A stretch of 64,000 nucleotides of DNA. Origin: the human T2T-CHM13v2.0 reference genome, Homo sapiens. Shown here piece after piece: positions 45,020-59,740 of this stretch (position 1 is the stretch's first letter; each line of letters begins with the position of its first letter). Where the stretch lies: assembly GCF_009914755.1 (NCBI RefSeq), contig NC_060930.1; one strand, 5' to 3'. A model generated the notes under the pieces. The model worked only from the letters and a program-made list of their open reading frames with translations, was not told the origin of the DNA and did no database searches. A program made the translations under genes and the position numbers.

Positions 45020-46330
45020 GGGTAGACATTGTTCATGTCCATTTAACTTTTATCTCTACTCTACTTTGTCCATAACCACTCTGGATCTTCTAAAAACCCT
45101 TGAACCATTACCTATAAATTAATTAAAACCTGCAGCTCCCTCTATCTCTGGGCGCTCTGACTTCCAGCTCCCCCCTCCTATTCAGCCATCTGCTCTTGGT
45201 ACCTGTGTCACTCTTCACACTGCCTTTCTAGCCTCTATCCATCCTGTATATTTGGTCCATCAGATGAACTCCTCTCTAGCACCTTCATCTCACTGAATTT
45301 TCTGTCTTTCCTCCTGGAAATATCCAAACGTGGCATCCCTTCTCCACTTCTTCATCCGAGTTGCCAAGCTTTGTAAGAGTAGATGAAACCGCTGTGCAGA
45401 TTGGAGACACCAAAAATGCATGGATTTCCACATTCACAGATTGCCTAGTTCCTGTTCAGCAGTGCTTTTGTCCTCACACTTGGTTGGCTCCTGCGTTCCC
45501 ATCAGTCACTTTGCCATGTTTTTACTAGTCTCTGTAGCCCCTTACACACTCACTAAACTCCTTTTTCTTTGTAGACAGCGATGTCTCTTACCTCAATACA
45601 GTGGAGGCAGTTGGATATGAATTGCCTTAAATTCATCCTTTCCACTAGCAGACTTTTCCTTTCACCTAACATTCCTTCTGTCCTCTTTTCCTTCCCTCTG
45701 GCCTCAGAGAACAGCCTCGAGTCTTCCCCAGTTTTAAACCAATGCTCGGCCTGGACTCTTGATGCCCTGCTCTGCTTTCTCCAAAACCTTGCCGCTCCAC
45801 ACCTCTTATTCTTCTTGTATTTTCACTCTTCTTTTATTGGCTCCTCCCACTGGGCCTATGAACATCTTGGAAGAACAAAACAAATCAAATAGTCAAAACT
45901 GTTTTCCTTTGACCCTGTGTTTCTCTATCCCCTGCTCCTTCGCAGTTCACTCTCATTTTAAGCTCAGGAGTTTGTAAGACAGTTCCACTTTGCTTTCTTC
46001 TCTCCCCTCTCTCCTCTGTCCTGTCCCATAACTTCCTCAGCCCACTTCCCTCCAGGCTTCCCCATACCCTGCATGCTTCGGGAAACACCACCAGTGGCCT
46101 CTTAATCACTGCATTCATAGGAAGCTTTTTCAGTCCTTACCTTTTGCATCCTCTACTGATTTTGACATTGAAATGCTGTTCTCTTGACTTCTGTGGCCAA
46201 AATACTTTCTGTTCTCCTTTTTTAACCATTCCTTTTTTACCTCTTTTTTTTGTGTGTTTCTTTTCCTCTACTTGCTCCTTAAAATTTGGAACTACTTCCC
46301 ATTCTGCCTTAAATGGAGAGTAATTAACCC
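45020..46330 (+). mobile_element. L2 LINE fragment
   Basis: Pyrimidine-rich degenerate L2-like text (cttttcagtccttacc...tttgacattg...ttgacttctgtg). Confidence 0.55.
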
Positions 46331-49300
46331 AACAGAACCACTTGTCAAAGCTTAAAAGAATGTATACAGTCTGGGGTGTCATTCCTGGAGTATCTGATTC
46401 AGTATGTCCTTCTAGAAACCTACAGTATCATGGCTCTGTAATATTCTGTCATATGCAGGTACCATAAATTATTTAACCATTTCTTAAATATTCATTCATT
46501 CAACAGATATTCATTGAGCACCTTCAAATCCCAGGTGCTACTGATTATTCAGTTTTTGTCTGTCATGAAAAGCACTCTGATAGGTAGCATTTGTTTCACT
46601 TCTTTCATAGTCTCAGGATAGACCGGATTACTCTATTAAAAGATAGGGTTTTCTAAGATCTTGATACCCGCGGTCAAATTTTTTCATAGAAAGCCCTATT
46701 TTTGCTTCTACCAACTCTAGGCTATGGTTTTAACTGCCAGTTATGTAAGAAAGTGGCTCCTGAACTCTTTACCACTAGACTCTGCTCTCTCTAGATTCAT
46801 GTATCCAAACTGCTTTGAGTTCTCAATGAACTTGCCTCTTTGCCTTTCCAAACCCTAATGCCCCTCTACCTGAATGCCCTTGACTCTTTGGATATAGTCA
46901 CTGCATTACTGCATGCCTAGGAATTGCTTATTTATTTCCCTAAGTTCCTGCATGCAGGGTTGTTCATCTTCGAGTATCCTTAGTGCCGGCACACAGGAGC
47001 TAATGAATACATGCTGAGCCAAATGGACTATGTGTGTAAATGTTTCCATGTTTTAGGAATTATTCTGTAGTTTTCTGTATGATTGGAACTTCGCAATTTG
47101 GAATCTATAGCCAACATTTTTTAAAAGATAATTGAGCACATTGTTAGCTTTTATTGGATTTAAATTACACAGTTTATATTAAGATATGTATTCATTATAG
47201 GTACTTTAGTAATTGGAGAAAATATAAATGGTAAAATGAAAACTGCCTGTTAATGCACTACCTTCAGATACCCAGTTGGCCTTCTTCATAGACATATGAG
47301 TGTATATGTCTGTCAAGTGTGTGTGTGTGTTTCTGTACATTTCTACACATTCATCTTCATGGCGCAAAATGTTTAGAATTATGTCTTTTTAATATAATAT
47401 ATGTTGAGCATTTTCCATCAATAAATATTTTGTAAAAAATACATTTAATGGCTAAACAACATTCTCTTGTATAGAAATATTTAAGTATTTGTTTAACCAG
47501 CTCCATATTGTTTTGTATATAGAATTCCTGCCAAGTTATTATTAACAAAAATGCTGGAGTAATATCGCAATAGCAATTCATTTATTAGACAACTGTGTGT
47601 CAAGGGTCTAGTGACCCTGGCAACTATGTGCTCTGTGGAGTAAGATACAGTTTGATGTGGAAAGCAAGCAAACAGACTCTCAGAATATGCTGTGAGGACC
47701 GCTGCTGCTCTAGGGTTAGGAAAAGAATGCCAGGGACACAGAGGAGTTTGAGGGAGATGTCAGGGAAGGCTGCCTACCAGAGCTGCAGGGGAACAGACAA
47801 CATGGTTATTGACTGATTTCTTTGCTCAGGATATTTGTTAGGATAACACTTGGTTAGTATGATGAAGAATATCCTTTTCTATGTAATATTGAGGGTTTTT
47901 TGAAACATTAAAGATAGATACGATTTAATCAAGTACATTTGGGACATTATTTAACTTATCTTTACTCTCCTTCCTTGACCTGTTGCTGTGAAAAATTATA
48001 ATATGTTGCTTCTGAATATTGAAATAGCTTTGCTTCCTATTTTCTGTGAATGTGCTTCTTGATATAGATTGTTAAAGCTGTGTTCATGTGTGGTGTTGGT
48101 TTTTCTGCCCCTGTGGCTGGGTTTGGTATCTGAGGCATGCCAGCTGTATGAAATACTGTAGAATGCCTTCTGTGTTATCCTGGGCTCTGGAGCAGTTTAG
48201 GACATGCTTTATTCTTTAAAATTTGAAAGAAGTTGATAATAAGGTTCCAGGCCCAGTGAGTTTTTTTAAAAAGCAAATTCAGTGTAATGCTATGGCAACT
48301 CTCTCAGCTTTGTCAGTGCTGGTTATTCTGGTCAAGCTTTCCTCATTCTGGATCAGTTTGGGTAGTTGTGTGTTTTTCTAGGATTTTACTAGTTCATCAC
48401 AATTTTCAAATTCATTAGCACAGAGTTGAGTCTTTGATTTCTTTTTCACTTACTGCAGGCAGTGTTTTTGTTTGAAATATTGCTAGTCTAGACTATCATT
48501 TTCAGCATTATAACAGCGTGTCATCTTCCTCAAAGACAGGTAAGTCCAGCGGTATTTGAGATGTGAAACTCGGAGGTTAAAATGGGTTGATTGTAAAGGT
48601 GGGTTTACTCAGTTTACTTAGTAGTGAAGACTAGGAATAATCTTCACTTACAAGAGCATGTATAAATGGCTGTGTGTGCTGGATACAATTTTAATTTTAT
48701 GCCATTGTCATTTATTTAGTGCTATTGAAATAACACTTACAGTTCACAGTAAGAGTAAGGTGCTTGCACTGGCATATAATGAGAGGAAGTAGGAATTATG
48801 TTTTTATTCAGTAGTAAAAATAGTACAGTTACATATGGTGATCTTTTTTCAATCAGATGGTACCTCTGTCAGTAAACAGAGGTGCCTTTTACAGTTCATT
48901 AGGATTTACTTCATAAAATGTTACCAATGTGAGTTTTGAAGGCTAAACGAAGAGGGAGGATGTACGGGTGCTAGCGCAGAGGCTATATGGTACCCAGCAG
49001 AACAGCATGAGAGAAGGATGAGCTGATAGAAGTAGGTGAGACATGACTTAAATCTCTTATAGATCTAAGGGAGCAATAGTTGACTCGAGTGCTTTCAGGG
49101 TACTGATACAGCTTCCCAAATGTTGACATAATTTATAATGTTAAAGATGATAAAATGCTAGATTCTTAAGTGAAACCACGCAGTGCCAGTTTTCAGTTTG
49201 TGTGTAGGTGCTTTTTTCTCTTTTTCTCTTCAGAATGCAGGTTCTGTGTCACAGGTTATTGTCTTGTCAGTGTTTATATGATCAGTAAACCACTCAGCTC

Positions 49301-52300
49301 CATCTAATTGCCATTATTACTAACGATTATGAGCTATGCAGCTCTAGAGAAACAGGGTTCTGTGCACAACGTTTACTGGTGGTACAGAGAGAGTGATGGG
49401 CTCTGGACAAGGGTGTTAGGGAAGTTTGCCCAGAGAAGCCCCATCTTGAAAGGACGCCCCACAGAGAAGGGACAGTGTGGGAGGCACCTTCAGGGAAGAG
49501 GACAAAGCAGGGGTTAAGTCCTAGGGTCTGGTTGAGCCTGGACTTCACTGTGCCTGATCTTGAAGAGAGAACAGAAGTGGCAAAGGGCAAAGAGGTAACT
49601 AGATTACAAAGAACCTCGTTAACCACACAGGGGAGTTTGAGCCTTATTTATCATCAAATTGATATTAAAATGATTTGTAAGGATACACTAAAGTAGGAGC
49701 CCCTCTGGGAGGGCCTAATACCTTTTTCCCTGTAACTGTTCACATTAGACCTGACACAGAGCAGGCATGCAATTGCAGTAAAAACACAGCATTCATTGAA
49801 CCAAATCCTAACAACTTAGTGGGCTGCTCCTCCAACCTGTGATGCATTAGAGCCCAAGGCTCTTGGGGAATGAGAGGCAGGCCTCTGAGATGGTGAGGGA
49901 GACCCTCCCCACACGCACTTTAGCATAGACTGAAGAATGGTCAGAGAGCAAGGGGCTACTGTAAATCCTTATTTGAAGATTATGTAATTTCTATAAATGA
50001 TTTGTTTTTAATTCAGTCTTCTTCCAGAAACCCTAAAAGAAAGATTATTATTTCTTAACGGCTCTAGGACTTTTTCCTTTTGTTCAGTGGTTTCAGATTA
50101 TGTTTCACTAATAAAGAGACTTCTTTTATGATTATTTGTGAGTGTTGAAAATGAGATATTTTTGCATCATTTTCTTACACAAAATTTTTAATTTAAGGTA
50201 TCACACAAGATAGTTCTTATAGCCTTTATCATTAACAGTTTCTGTGTATACATTTTTAATAGTATACATTTTTAATAGTTGTAGGACAAAAATTTAGTCT
50301 ATACTATTAGTTACTTCTCTTCTAGCCTATTGCTGTTTTAGCCACTGGCCTTTCTGGATCTTAAAGATTACAGATCCATTCACGTGTTTGCTGGGATCTT
50401 TCTTCCAAGTGATGGCTCCTCCAAGTGTATTTAATGTAAAAATTGAATGAATTAAGATTACATGTTAATTTAAATACAGTAAGAACTCATTATAGTAAGA
50501 ATGCATATTATGGGCTTCAGATTTACTGACGTGGTATGAGTATTCTTTTTGTTTGTATAACTATTTTTATTTTTAGGTAACAGCAACAGAGAAACTATTA
50601 TTTATTTCTGAATGTATAGTTCTTTGGGAAATTGTTAACCCAGATCCCAGTGGTGGTGGGAGGGCATGATGGGGGATGTCTTAGAGTCTAACATGCCATT
50701 TTTTTCCCTTTGCTCCCCCTCCCCTAAATCAAGACTTACGGTGAGAGATGTGATTGCTGGGAAGTGTTACCCTTGGTAAAGGTTTGGCAAAAAGGATGTG
50801 TTGGAAACTGCCTCTTATATTGATGAACTTAAAGCTGTAGCTTTAGAGTCTAGCAGGCAGCCCTGAAATTAATGTAGTTGAGAAAGGGGCAGGATTTTTC
50901 ATTTTTAATAGGGAATTACATGTATGCATAATATGTATGCACGTGGGATATTAGTTGAAATGTAAAACTATATTTTTTCTCTGTCACGGTGAAAAAATAT
51001 AAATAACGCTTTACATATCGGTAAACTGTCTTGTATGAATCAGTTAAGAGCGTGTAGTAAATGACTACTTTCTTTGTAATTTTGGAGAGTGTCTTTAAAA
51101 CACATCATATTTACCAGGAGAATTATAAAAACACACTAAATATAAACAGGAATTGTAATAAAACTTGCCCAAAGCAAAAGCTTTTATAATGGCTGTTACA
51201 AGCTAATTGGAGATTGTTTACCTATTGACGTGGAGCTATAGGTAGAAGCATTTGAGGAGGTACTTATTATATTTATTGTAGTAGCTGTCCTAAATCAGTA
51301 GTCTAAATTTATATACTGTTATTATCAAGATAAAAAGGTAACTTAGTTGAAAATTTTAAAAGCAGAGACTAGTATTTTGTAAGCAGATATAAACAAGTTA
51401 TTTTTGTAAGAGTTTTGTTATGTTGAAGTGCAAACAGAAAGTGGCCAAACTTCAATTACTTAACAACAGCTATTCTGTAAGTATTTGTTAATCATGAGTT
51501 CTTGTTGCTTTAAGCCACAACTGATTCTATTAAGAAAAGTTGTTTTGATTATATAATGCAAAATTATGTGCACATAAACTATTAAGCACAGTTGTTACTA
51601 CTGTGAATATATAATACATATATATTATTTATGATTCTTAAGTTTGGGTGAATTACTGGCATAGAAATAATAGTGCTTTGGTAATAAAAGTCCTTTTACA
51701 TGTTTTTCAAGTACTATATGTTATGTGATTTGTTTATTATTTATAGTTTGAAAATCTGCAGGTAATTCATGTATTTCGTTTTTTAAAAGTGGGTCTTAGC
51801 CTTTTGTTACTTACACTGTGTTAATACAGATTTCATGCAAGCATTCCATATTTTTCTGTCTGAAGCAAAACTACCACTGAGCACAGGATCCAGTTTCTGC
51901 ATTTAATGTGTGTTTTTTTCCAGGACTATTTCAACTTCACTCATCGTTTCATGAGCAGTAACTAAAGTTTATAAATAAGAAAAATTGTCTTATTCCAAAG
52001 ATTGCCTGTACTACTCTCAAATTATATTCTGGATCTGATAATTCGCAGGAAGCAAATAAGACATTGCTGTGGGCGATACATTTATCAGGATGAAAATTTA
52101 GTTATTTTTGACTATTGTTGAGATGTAATGTCCTATATTTCAAACTAGCTTGCTTCCTTTGTTCTGTTCTCCCACTTTGCCTTGGCAAGTTGGATCAATA
52201 TGCAATTGAAAGACGTTTGATCTGTAAATAGAAGGTTCTCTGAATTTCTTGGCCTTTCTGGCAAGATAGGGAGAGAGGCAGGTAGATCAGAGTTTGAAGG

Positions 52301-53352
52301 GCCCATGGTGTGCGGTGTCTGCCTTTTATTTATTTGGAGTAGGATACCATATTGGAGGTTACATCTTCCATGGCCAGTGAGCAGCGGTAGGGTCAGCATT
52401 GGAGACAACTTCTGAGCTGATGCGTTTATTTAAATTGTACTTACACATTTGGGATATGTAGAATGTTATATAATTATCAGTATTGTCTTCAGTTCAGTAC
52501 AAAATAGTACCCTGGGAATTTGTTCCTTTTGCCATTTTAATAAGTACCTAGACCAGTGTGTTAAATTTGGAATCGATTACTGCCCATGTCATGAAGTATG
52601 TATATCCTTATACAGTTTAAATTAATTATTATTGAAATAGAGCATGCACATATTTACAAAATCCAGTTGTGCCCAGAGCCCCAGGTCAAAGAACAGCAGG
52701 AGCAAGGCACTGCTCCCAATTCTCTTAGTTATTGCTCCTGGGTTACATCTGTCTGACAAAACTGTGCACATGTGTAGCAGTTCTGCAGTGAGTTGTGTAT
52801 AGTACCTCTTGAATGCAGTACTCTGTCCTCATACTTCATAGATGCTGTCAGCTCTATGCTGCCAGCAAGGGATATAGACACTTTCTGCCATGCCATATTT
52901 CAGCTCATCCTCGTCTCTGTTTTTCCATCCTTTTCTGTCTTCTGTCTTAAGTCTTAGCTTTGCTTAATCTGGTTGTTTCTAAGCTAGTAAGCATTTGTTA
53001 TATCTCTAAAATCCCTATTAGGTACTTTGTATGTAAAGATAGTATTATTTTTAGATACTTTGATTAGATGACTAGACTTTTAAAGCTGTAGTTCAGTATC
53101 TAAAGTGTACTAATTATTTGCATTATGGAAACATTTATTAATTGGAAATAGTCCTTGTGACTAAGAAATGATTAAAATTATGAATTTAAAAGGGAATATA
53201 TCCTTCAACAGTTTATACACATCTGTATCATAATTTATTCAACACATTTTTTACTAGGTATCTGACACTGTTTAAAAGTAGTATGTTTGCTTTACTGTAC
53301 TCTTATTTGTTTAAGGTAAATTAATTTATAAATTTTTCTCTGTTTTTCTTAG

Positions 53353-53406
53353 ACAAAATTGAAGAAGCACAAAAAGAACTTAATGGGGCAGAAGTTTCAA
53401 AAAAAG
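53353..53406 (+). CDS. HIVEP1: HIVEP1 54-nt internal coding exon (second coding exon, phase 1/1)
   Basis: Polypyrimidine tract ttttctctgtttttcttAG (AG 53351-52) and donor AAG|GTAAAT (GT 53407-08). Translation (G)AC AAA ATT GAA GAA GCA CAA AAA GAA CTT AAT GGG GCA GAA GTT TCA AAA AAA G = DKIEEAQKELNGAEVSKK(E) matches the recalled HIVEP1 N-terminus. Confidence 0.95.
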
Positions 53407-56149
53407 GTAAATTAAAATCAGCTTGAATGTAAACTTTATTCTTGCAATGATGCCTATACATATACCTCATAAATGTAGCCTTATGAAATAAATCAGTATA
53501 GACATATCACAAAATTAGAAATCCCCTTGAACTTATTGATACTTAAAATGTTGTGGACTTTGCTTCATGAAACATTTTAGCCACATAGCACATTCTATAA
53601 CTGTTTCCCACATATTAATGTATGACTGGTAGAAGTGTGAAAGGTTATTGCAGCTCTTTTGAAAGTCCTGTTTGTGAGACTGTCCTGTAGCAATAAAAGT
53701 ACCAATATAAGGAACACAGTTGGCCGTGTCCATGCATGTGTGTTCATGTGTGCATTCATGTGATGCAGTTTTCTTTTTTTTTTTGTAGCGACAAAAACCT
53801 AAGGCAACTAAAACAGCCTGAATACCAGTCAGTGGAAGAATAGTTGAATCATTTGTAGTATACTCATATTTTGGGGTATCACGCAGCTTTGAAAAAGTGT
53901 TAATTACTTTAGTTGATGGTGATAACTTATCAAATAAGAAAAATAACATTGCAATGTAGTATGTAAAATATCTTATTTTTTTGTGAAAACTAACAAAGTC
54001 AAGTGTGTATACAAGTATTTATATGTATATATATATACGCATACACACACAGAGGCTTCTGTGAGATTGGACAATGTTGGAAAGGATTTATACACAGATA
54101 TGTGTTAATAGTGGGAAGAGGAGCAAGGGAAGATGACCCACTCATTTATATGCCTTTGTATTATTTCACCAGCTGCAATGGGTGTAATTTTGTATTAAAA
54201 TTAAAAACTTGAAAGGAAAAAATTGGTTTTCACCATAGAAAACATAGATTATCTTTCCAAGTAATATAAAAAAATAGATGTGATGCAGAAGAGCATGTAG
54301 GGATGGTCAGGTAGTGAGGTAAATACTGTTGAAACACTATCTGTTAATGAGCAAAATTGATTATGTGCTTTTAATATTGTGGGCAAATAAAGTTCTCTTT
54401 ATGACATTTGTATTCCGTGATTTATTATTTATTTTGCCTTGTATCTTCAAATTACAGCAGACTATTTTGACAGAGTAATTTAGCTAAATAGGATTCCAGT
54501 TGAAAGCCGTTTTACAAAAAATAGCTTTTAAATCTAGTTAGACTACTGAGCAGGTATCTGTAGGGGAAATAATTTCCTGCCATCCCAGTTCTCCATCCCT
54601 TAAACCAGCCTGTGAAGCCTTCAGGATGGTTTGGGGTTGGTCTTACATTTATGGGGTACTATGTAGCACCCCTCATGTCTGCCTTCTCCTCACCCCACGC
54701 TCCTTCCATGGGAGCTCTGGAAGGGCCATGTATATCTGACCCTCTAATGACATTCTTACAGAAAAACAAGCATAGAAGAGTAAAGATGTCTCCATGGCCA
54801 CCTTGTCCCTTTGAAGGGTTGACTGACTTAAACGCATGAGGCATTTGAGACACTCAGGTTATAAGAGGCCATACTTTTAAAGTTTTCTTTCTCTATAGCC
54901 AGCCTTTTTTTTTTTTTTTTTTTTTTTACATCTAGTCATGGTTTAGAGCTGCTTCTAGTAGCAAAGCAAATGTGAGCCTGTCTTCCTTTTCCTTGTTACT
55001 TCTTTGGCAAGAGTTTTCAGAACAGTGAACTAAATGCCTGATAGGAAGGAGGAAATGAAACAAAGGTTCTAGAAAGAGAAATTGGATAATGAGGTTCAGA
55101 ATAATGGATTGGGCTACAGTTGGCAGGCTACACTTATTTAAGAGCTAGGATGAATACCAAGTGAGCATTGTTCTGTGCAGTTCACTGCATAGAATTACTG
55201 CTTGGCTTTCATTTTTATACAGAAATTAAAAATAAAATAGTTTTCCCTTTCAAATATAAGTAAGAAATAATATCAGTTTCTCTTTAACAACATGAAAAGT
55301 CTGAGTAACAGTGGTGTTGAGATTTTTCAAACCTTTTCTTGCTGATACCTATTTTATTTTAAAGGATATTCATTTCTTCCATCAAAGAATATACTTTAAA
55401 AATATAGACGTTCATTTTAGATTATGGTAAGTCATCTACAATAGATCTCTTTTTCATTGTTTTTCTGACGTACTTTGGGTTTTTTCACCCTGTAAGTTTA
55501 GCCACATTGCTTTTTAAAAAAATTATTTTTAAACACTGCTTGTAGTTCTAAGGCTTTGTCTCCATTAAAGGTTCTGTGGTCTTTAACTTATTTGAGGCTC
55601 TTTCTCCCTTTCTCTCTTTTTTGTAATTATTAGGACAAGTAACTAATTTATTTTCAGAAGTATCTAGCATAGTAGTAGGCTCTTAAAAGCAACTTCCTCA
55701 TTAATAGATTAAAAAAGACATTTCCTCTTGTATTTTAATAATTTAAGGAGGATTAAATCTGTTTAGTGTAATATGGAAGTAAAGAAACTGACTTTGCCTA
55801 TCATACACCAATAGAATAAAGAAATGCACTAAATTATGTTAATGTACTTATTTTATTCTTTTTCTCTTTTGAATGAAAATCAGATGACTTTAATTTGATT
55901 TATTTTGATTTTAATCAATTTAGGGATAGAGATAAGGATGCAACATTCACACAAGTCTCCATAAAGTCATTATGTTTTTCCTTACAGTGCTATCTCCTGA
56001 TTCTTAACACACATTGTGCTTGACACTATTTTTAAAATTGTTGAGTGGGATTTAAATGAAATAGTGACTGTCACAGATGTGGTAATGGAATATGAATAAA
56101 ATTAACTGGGAAGAAATAAATAGATCGATTAGGAGAGCTTTTATGGCTT

Positions 56150-59100
56150 TCTCAAGCTTTAATTTTAATACTCTTAAATTTTTATCATACAATGTTTGAC
56201 ACATATAAATTAATATATGTAGCATATTAAATTACAAAGCATAAGAATGACATGGTAATCTTTGATTCTCACACCCAATTTAAGAATGGGAATGTTGCCA
56301 GTACCATTGTATCCACCCACATGCTGATCGGCAATTCATCCCATTGTCTCTTCTGTAGAGGTTTTACTGTCCTTAGTTTTGTGTTCATCATTTCAGTCCT
56401 TTTAAAAAACAATTATGTCATATAAGTATGTACCCCCAAACAATATATTTTCTAGTTGTGCCTGAGTTTGAACTTTTAAATGAAACCATATTGTACGTAG
56501 TCTTCTGCAGCTTTTTTCACTTAACGTTGTTCCTAAGATTCACCCATGCCGTTGCACATAGCTGTTACTTTTCATTGTTGTAATATTGCACTGTATGAAA
56601 TTGTTGGCCCATTCTTCTGTTGATATTTAAGTTATTTCCACCTTTTTGCTATCATAAACAATGCAGGTATGAATATTTTTATATCCTAGTGCCTATGTGT
56701 GAGTTTCTAGAGCATATATAGGGAATGTGAATGTTCAGCTCTACAAAATGATGCTATATTGTTTTCCAGAGTTTTTTTTGGGGAAACTTTTTGCATTCCC
56801 ACTATCAGTGTCCAAGAATTCATTTTGTACTATCAAGTACATGGTATGTTTAGTCTTTTTTTTCCTAATTGGATAGATGTTAAATCCTCTTTTATTCTGC
56901 TTTGATTTTTGTTTCCCTGGTTACTAATGTTAAAAGAAAAACTTTAGACACAAAAAGTTTAACTGATTTTATTTAAACAAAGAATGATTCATGAATCAGG
57001 CATCATTCAGAACCAGAAGAGGTTCAGAGAGCTCTGCCGAGCAGTGTGAGCAGCAAGCTCGTACAGGCTGAACTCGCAAGCAAAGTGAGAAATCACCTGA
57101 TTGGCTGCAACTAGCCACCTGCCTTGTTCAGGTAGGGTGTGATGAAGTATTTGCCTTATTTGGGCATGATCTGATCAGTTGACTTCCTGTGATTGGCTGA
57201 AAAGTAGCTATTTTTTACAAAAAATACTCTAAATTAGGTTTGTGTTTGCGCACTAAATGAGGTTGTAGTTTGTTAGGTCATAACTCGAGGTAAGGAGACA
57301 GCCTCAGGCAAATGGCCTCCTGCTTATTTAATTTAATAATGTCAAACATGTCTTCATTTGTATTCCCCCTTACTGAAATGCTTGCTATTATTATTTGTCC
57401 ATTTTGTAAAAATTGAGTTATCTTTTTCTTAATATATTTTGAATAACTATTCATTTTATGTGCTTTATTTTTCAGATTTATTTTTTACTTCATTTAAAGT
57501 GCCTTCTATTCACTAAAGTGAATAGAAGCTCTTGATTTTAATACTGTCAACCTATTAATTTCTTGATTTTGTGATTCATTTTTTTGTATTTTTATTTGTC
57601 TTAAATTCTTCTCTATCACAAGGTCTTAAGTATATATATATATTTTCTATATTTTCTTCTAAAAGACTTTCACGTTTCAGATTAAAAACCCATCTGGAGT
57701 TTGTTTTTTTAAAAAAATATACCTAGTTTTTTAATGTAGTGTAAGTTAGGATTCAAGTTTCTTTTTTTTCTCAAGTGGGTAACCATTGCTAATATTGTTA
57801 AATGTCCCTGAAACATTTAGTATGTTTTCCTTTTACTGTTTCGTATTAATTTTTCATTTTTGTGTGGGTTTGCTTCTTAGCTCTCTATTCTGTTCTGTGA
57901 ATTTGTTTACCCATATTTTAATATCACAGTATGTTAATTACTTACCACTTTATTGTCTTGATATATACAGTGTGCAATAACTAGTATATACTATATACAG
58001 TAGGGCAGATTCCTTGTGTTATTTGCCTTCAGGAATGTTTTCACTATTTCTAGTCCTTTGCTCATCTATTTGAATTTTAGAATCAGGTCTTTAAAAAACT
58101 TGTTGGAATTTTGTTTGGGTTTGATTGAATCTGGGGCAAACTGACCATCTTCACAGTTTTCAGGCCTTCTATTCAAAAAAGATTGTATATTTCTGATACT
58201 TGTGTTTTCTTTAGTGTCTTATCATTTTCCTCCATATGAATCTTTATTTTTTTCTGCTCTATTTCTTAGAATTTGGTGTTTTCCTCATTTTAATGATTTT
58301 TTCTTTTGTAAAATTGTTTTCTAGTTCCTGGCAAATAAAAATGCAATATATTTTTGAATATTTATTTTTATATCCAGCTACTTGGCTGGATTCTCATTCA
58401 TTATGAAAATTGTCTGCTGGTGTTTTCAGATTTTCTTGTCATATCAGCTGGGAATAATGAAAGTTTGTTTCTTCATTTTGAAATAATTGTTTCTTTTATT
58501 TATTTTTCTTATCTTGCTCAGTTGGCTCCAGTAAAATTGGTATCTTAGACTTGCTCCTGATTTTAAAGAAAATGCTTCTAATTTTTCACCATTAAAATGT
58601 TTGCTATCTTTTTTTGTGGGAAGAGAGTCTGTATATTTTTTAGTTGCTTAAAGGTGTTATCTTCTATTTTTTATTTGTTGAAATTATTTTTAAAAATCAT
58701 AAATGGATTTTTATTTTTATCACCTTTTGTTTCTATGTAAAGATGATCTTACTATGTCCTTTATTCTTTCATTCTGATGTTTAAAAGTGACTTACGTATC
58801 TTTAAACCAATTTGGTCATGATGTTTAATCTTAATCACTGCTAGATTTGATTTGTTAATATTTTATTGAAGAATTTTGAATCCATGTTCAAGGCATTGGT
58901 TTATATTTTTATTATGTTTTATAATTTTCTGTGCCTGATTTTGTTTTAAGGTTATGCTAGTTTGATAGGATGATCTGAGGACTATATGCTTCTGATTCCC
59001 ATGGAGCTGTTTGTTTGATATTGGAACTGTACCTTTGTAGGCAAGTCTTACAACATATTTTGACTTTTGGGAGGGACTGCAGGGTAGACTTTTAACTCCC

Positions 59101-59740
59101 AAGTGTACTTAACAATAAGGGATTATCCAAACATTCTATTTTCTCTTCAGTTTTAGGAAGTTGTATTTTTCTTATAATTTATCCATCTTATCTAAACAGT
59201 CACATCTGTTGGCAAAAAATCAGTCGTAGTATTTTCTTACTCTCTTTCATTTCTGCTGGGTGTGTAGTTATGTCTGTTTTTTATTGCTTCTATCATTGAT
59301 TTGTGCCTCTCCTCGCTTTCTTGATTAGTGTTGCCAGTTTTCTGTTTTACTTTCTTTTTATTTTGCCAACATCTGATTTTCATGATACTTTCTTGCCTCA
59401 TCCTTTTTAGTTTCATTAAATTTTGTTCTTTATTATCTTTTCCTGTCTTTTTCTTCAGGTTTGTTCTGTTACTCAAATTTCTTAACTTGGAATGCTCATT
59501 CATTTTTAAGCCTTTATTCTGCTCTATTGGAATCACTTAAAGCTGTTAATTTCCTTGTAAGTATTGCTTAGATGTATCATACACAATTTTATATTTATTA
59601 GTTTCATTCTTTTCTATGCTGGTTTCTTCTCTGACCCTCCCCCCACCCCAAATCATGTTGGAATTTTTTTTTCTCCACATGGATGGGGATCTTATTTATT
59701 TTTAGTAATTTCTCACTTAATTGCATTGTATTGTTAATTG
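56150..59740 (-). mobile_element. Long ancient L1ME-like element interrupted by an LTR
   Basis: Antisense 3'UTR/ORF2 motifs (ctaagattcacccatg, tgaattttagaatcagg, ttgctcctgattttaaagaaaatgcttcta). Confidence 0.75.
56928..57338 (-). mobile_element. ERV1 solo LTR (MER57/MER93-family-like)
   Basis: Reverse complement starts TATTAAATTAAATAAGCAGGAGGCCATTTGCCTGAGGCTG; two CCAAT boxes; ends ...TTTAACA. Confidence 0.75.

Noticed and set aside
50246-50277. 16-bp tandem duplication gtatacatttttaata x2
   Set aside because: Ordinary slippage duplication, not counted among the non-tandem templated insertions.
59237-59536. Lys-rich 99-aa ORF
   Set aside because: Lies within decayed, A-rich L1 sequence on the minus strand.
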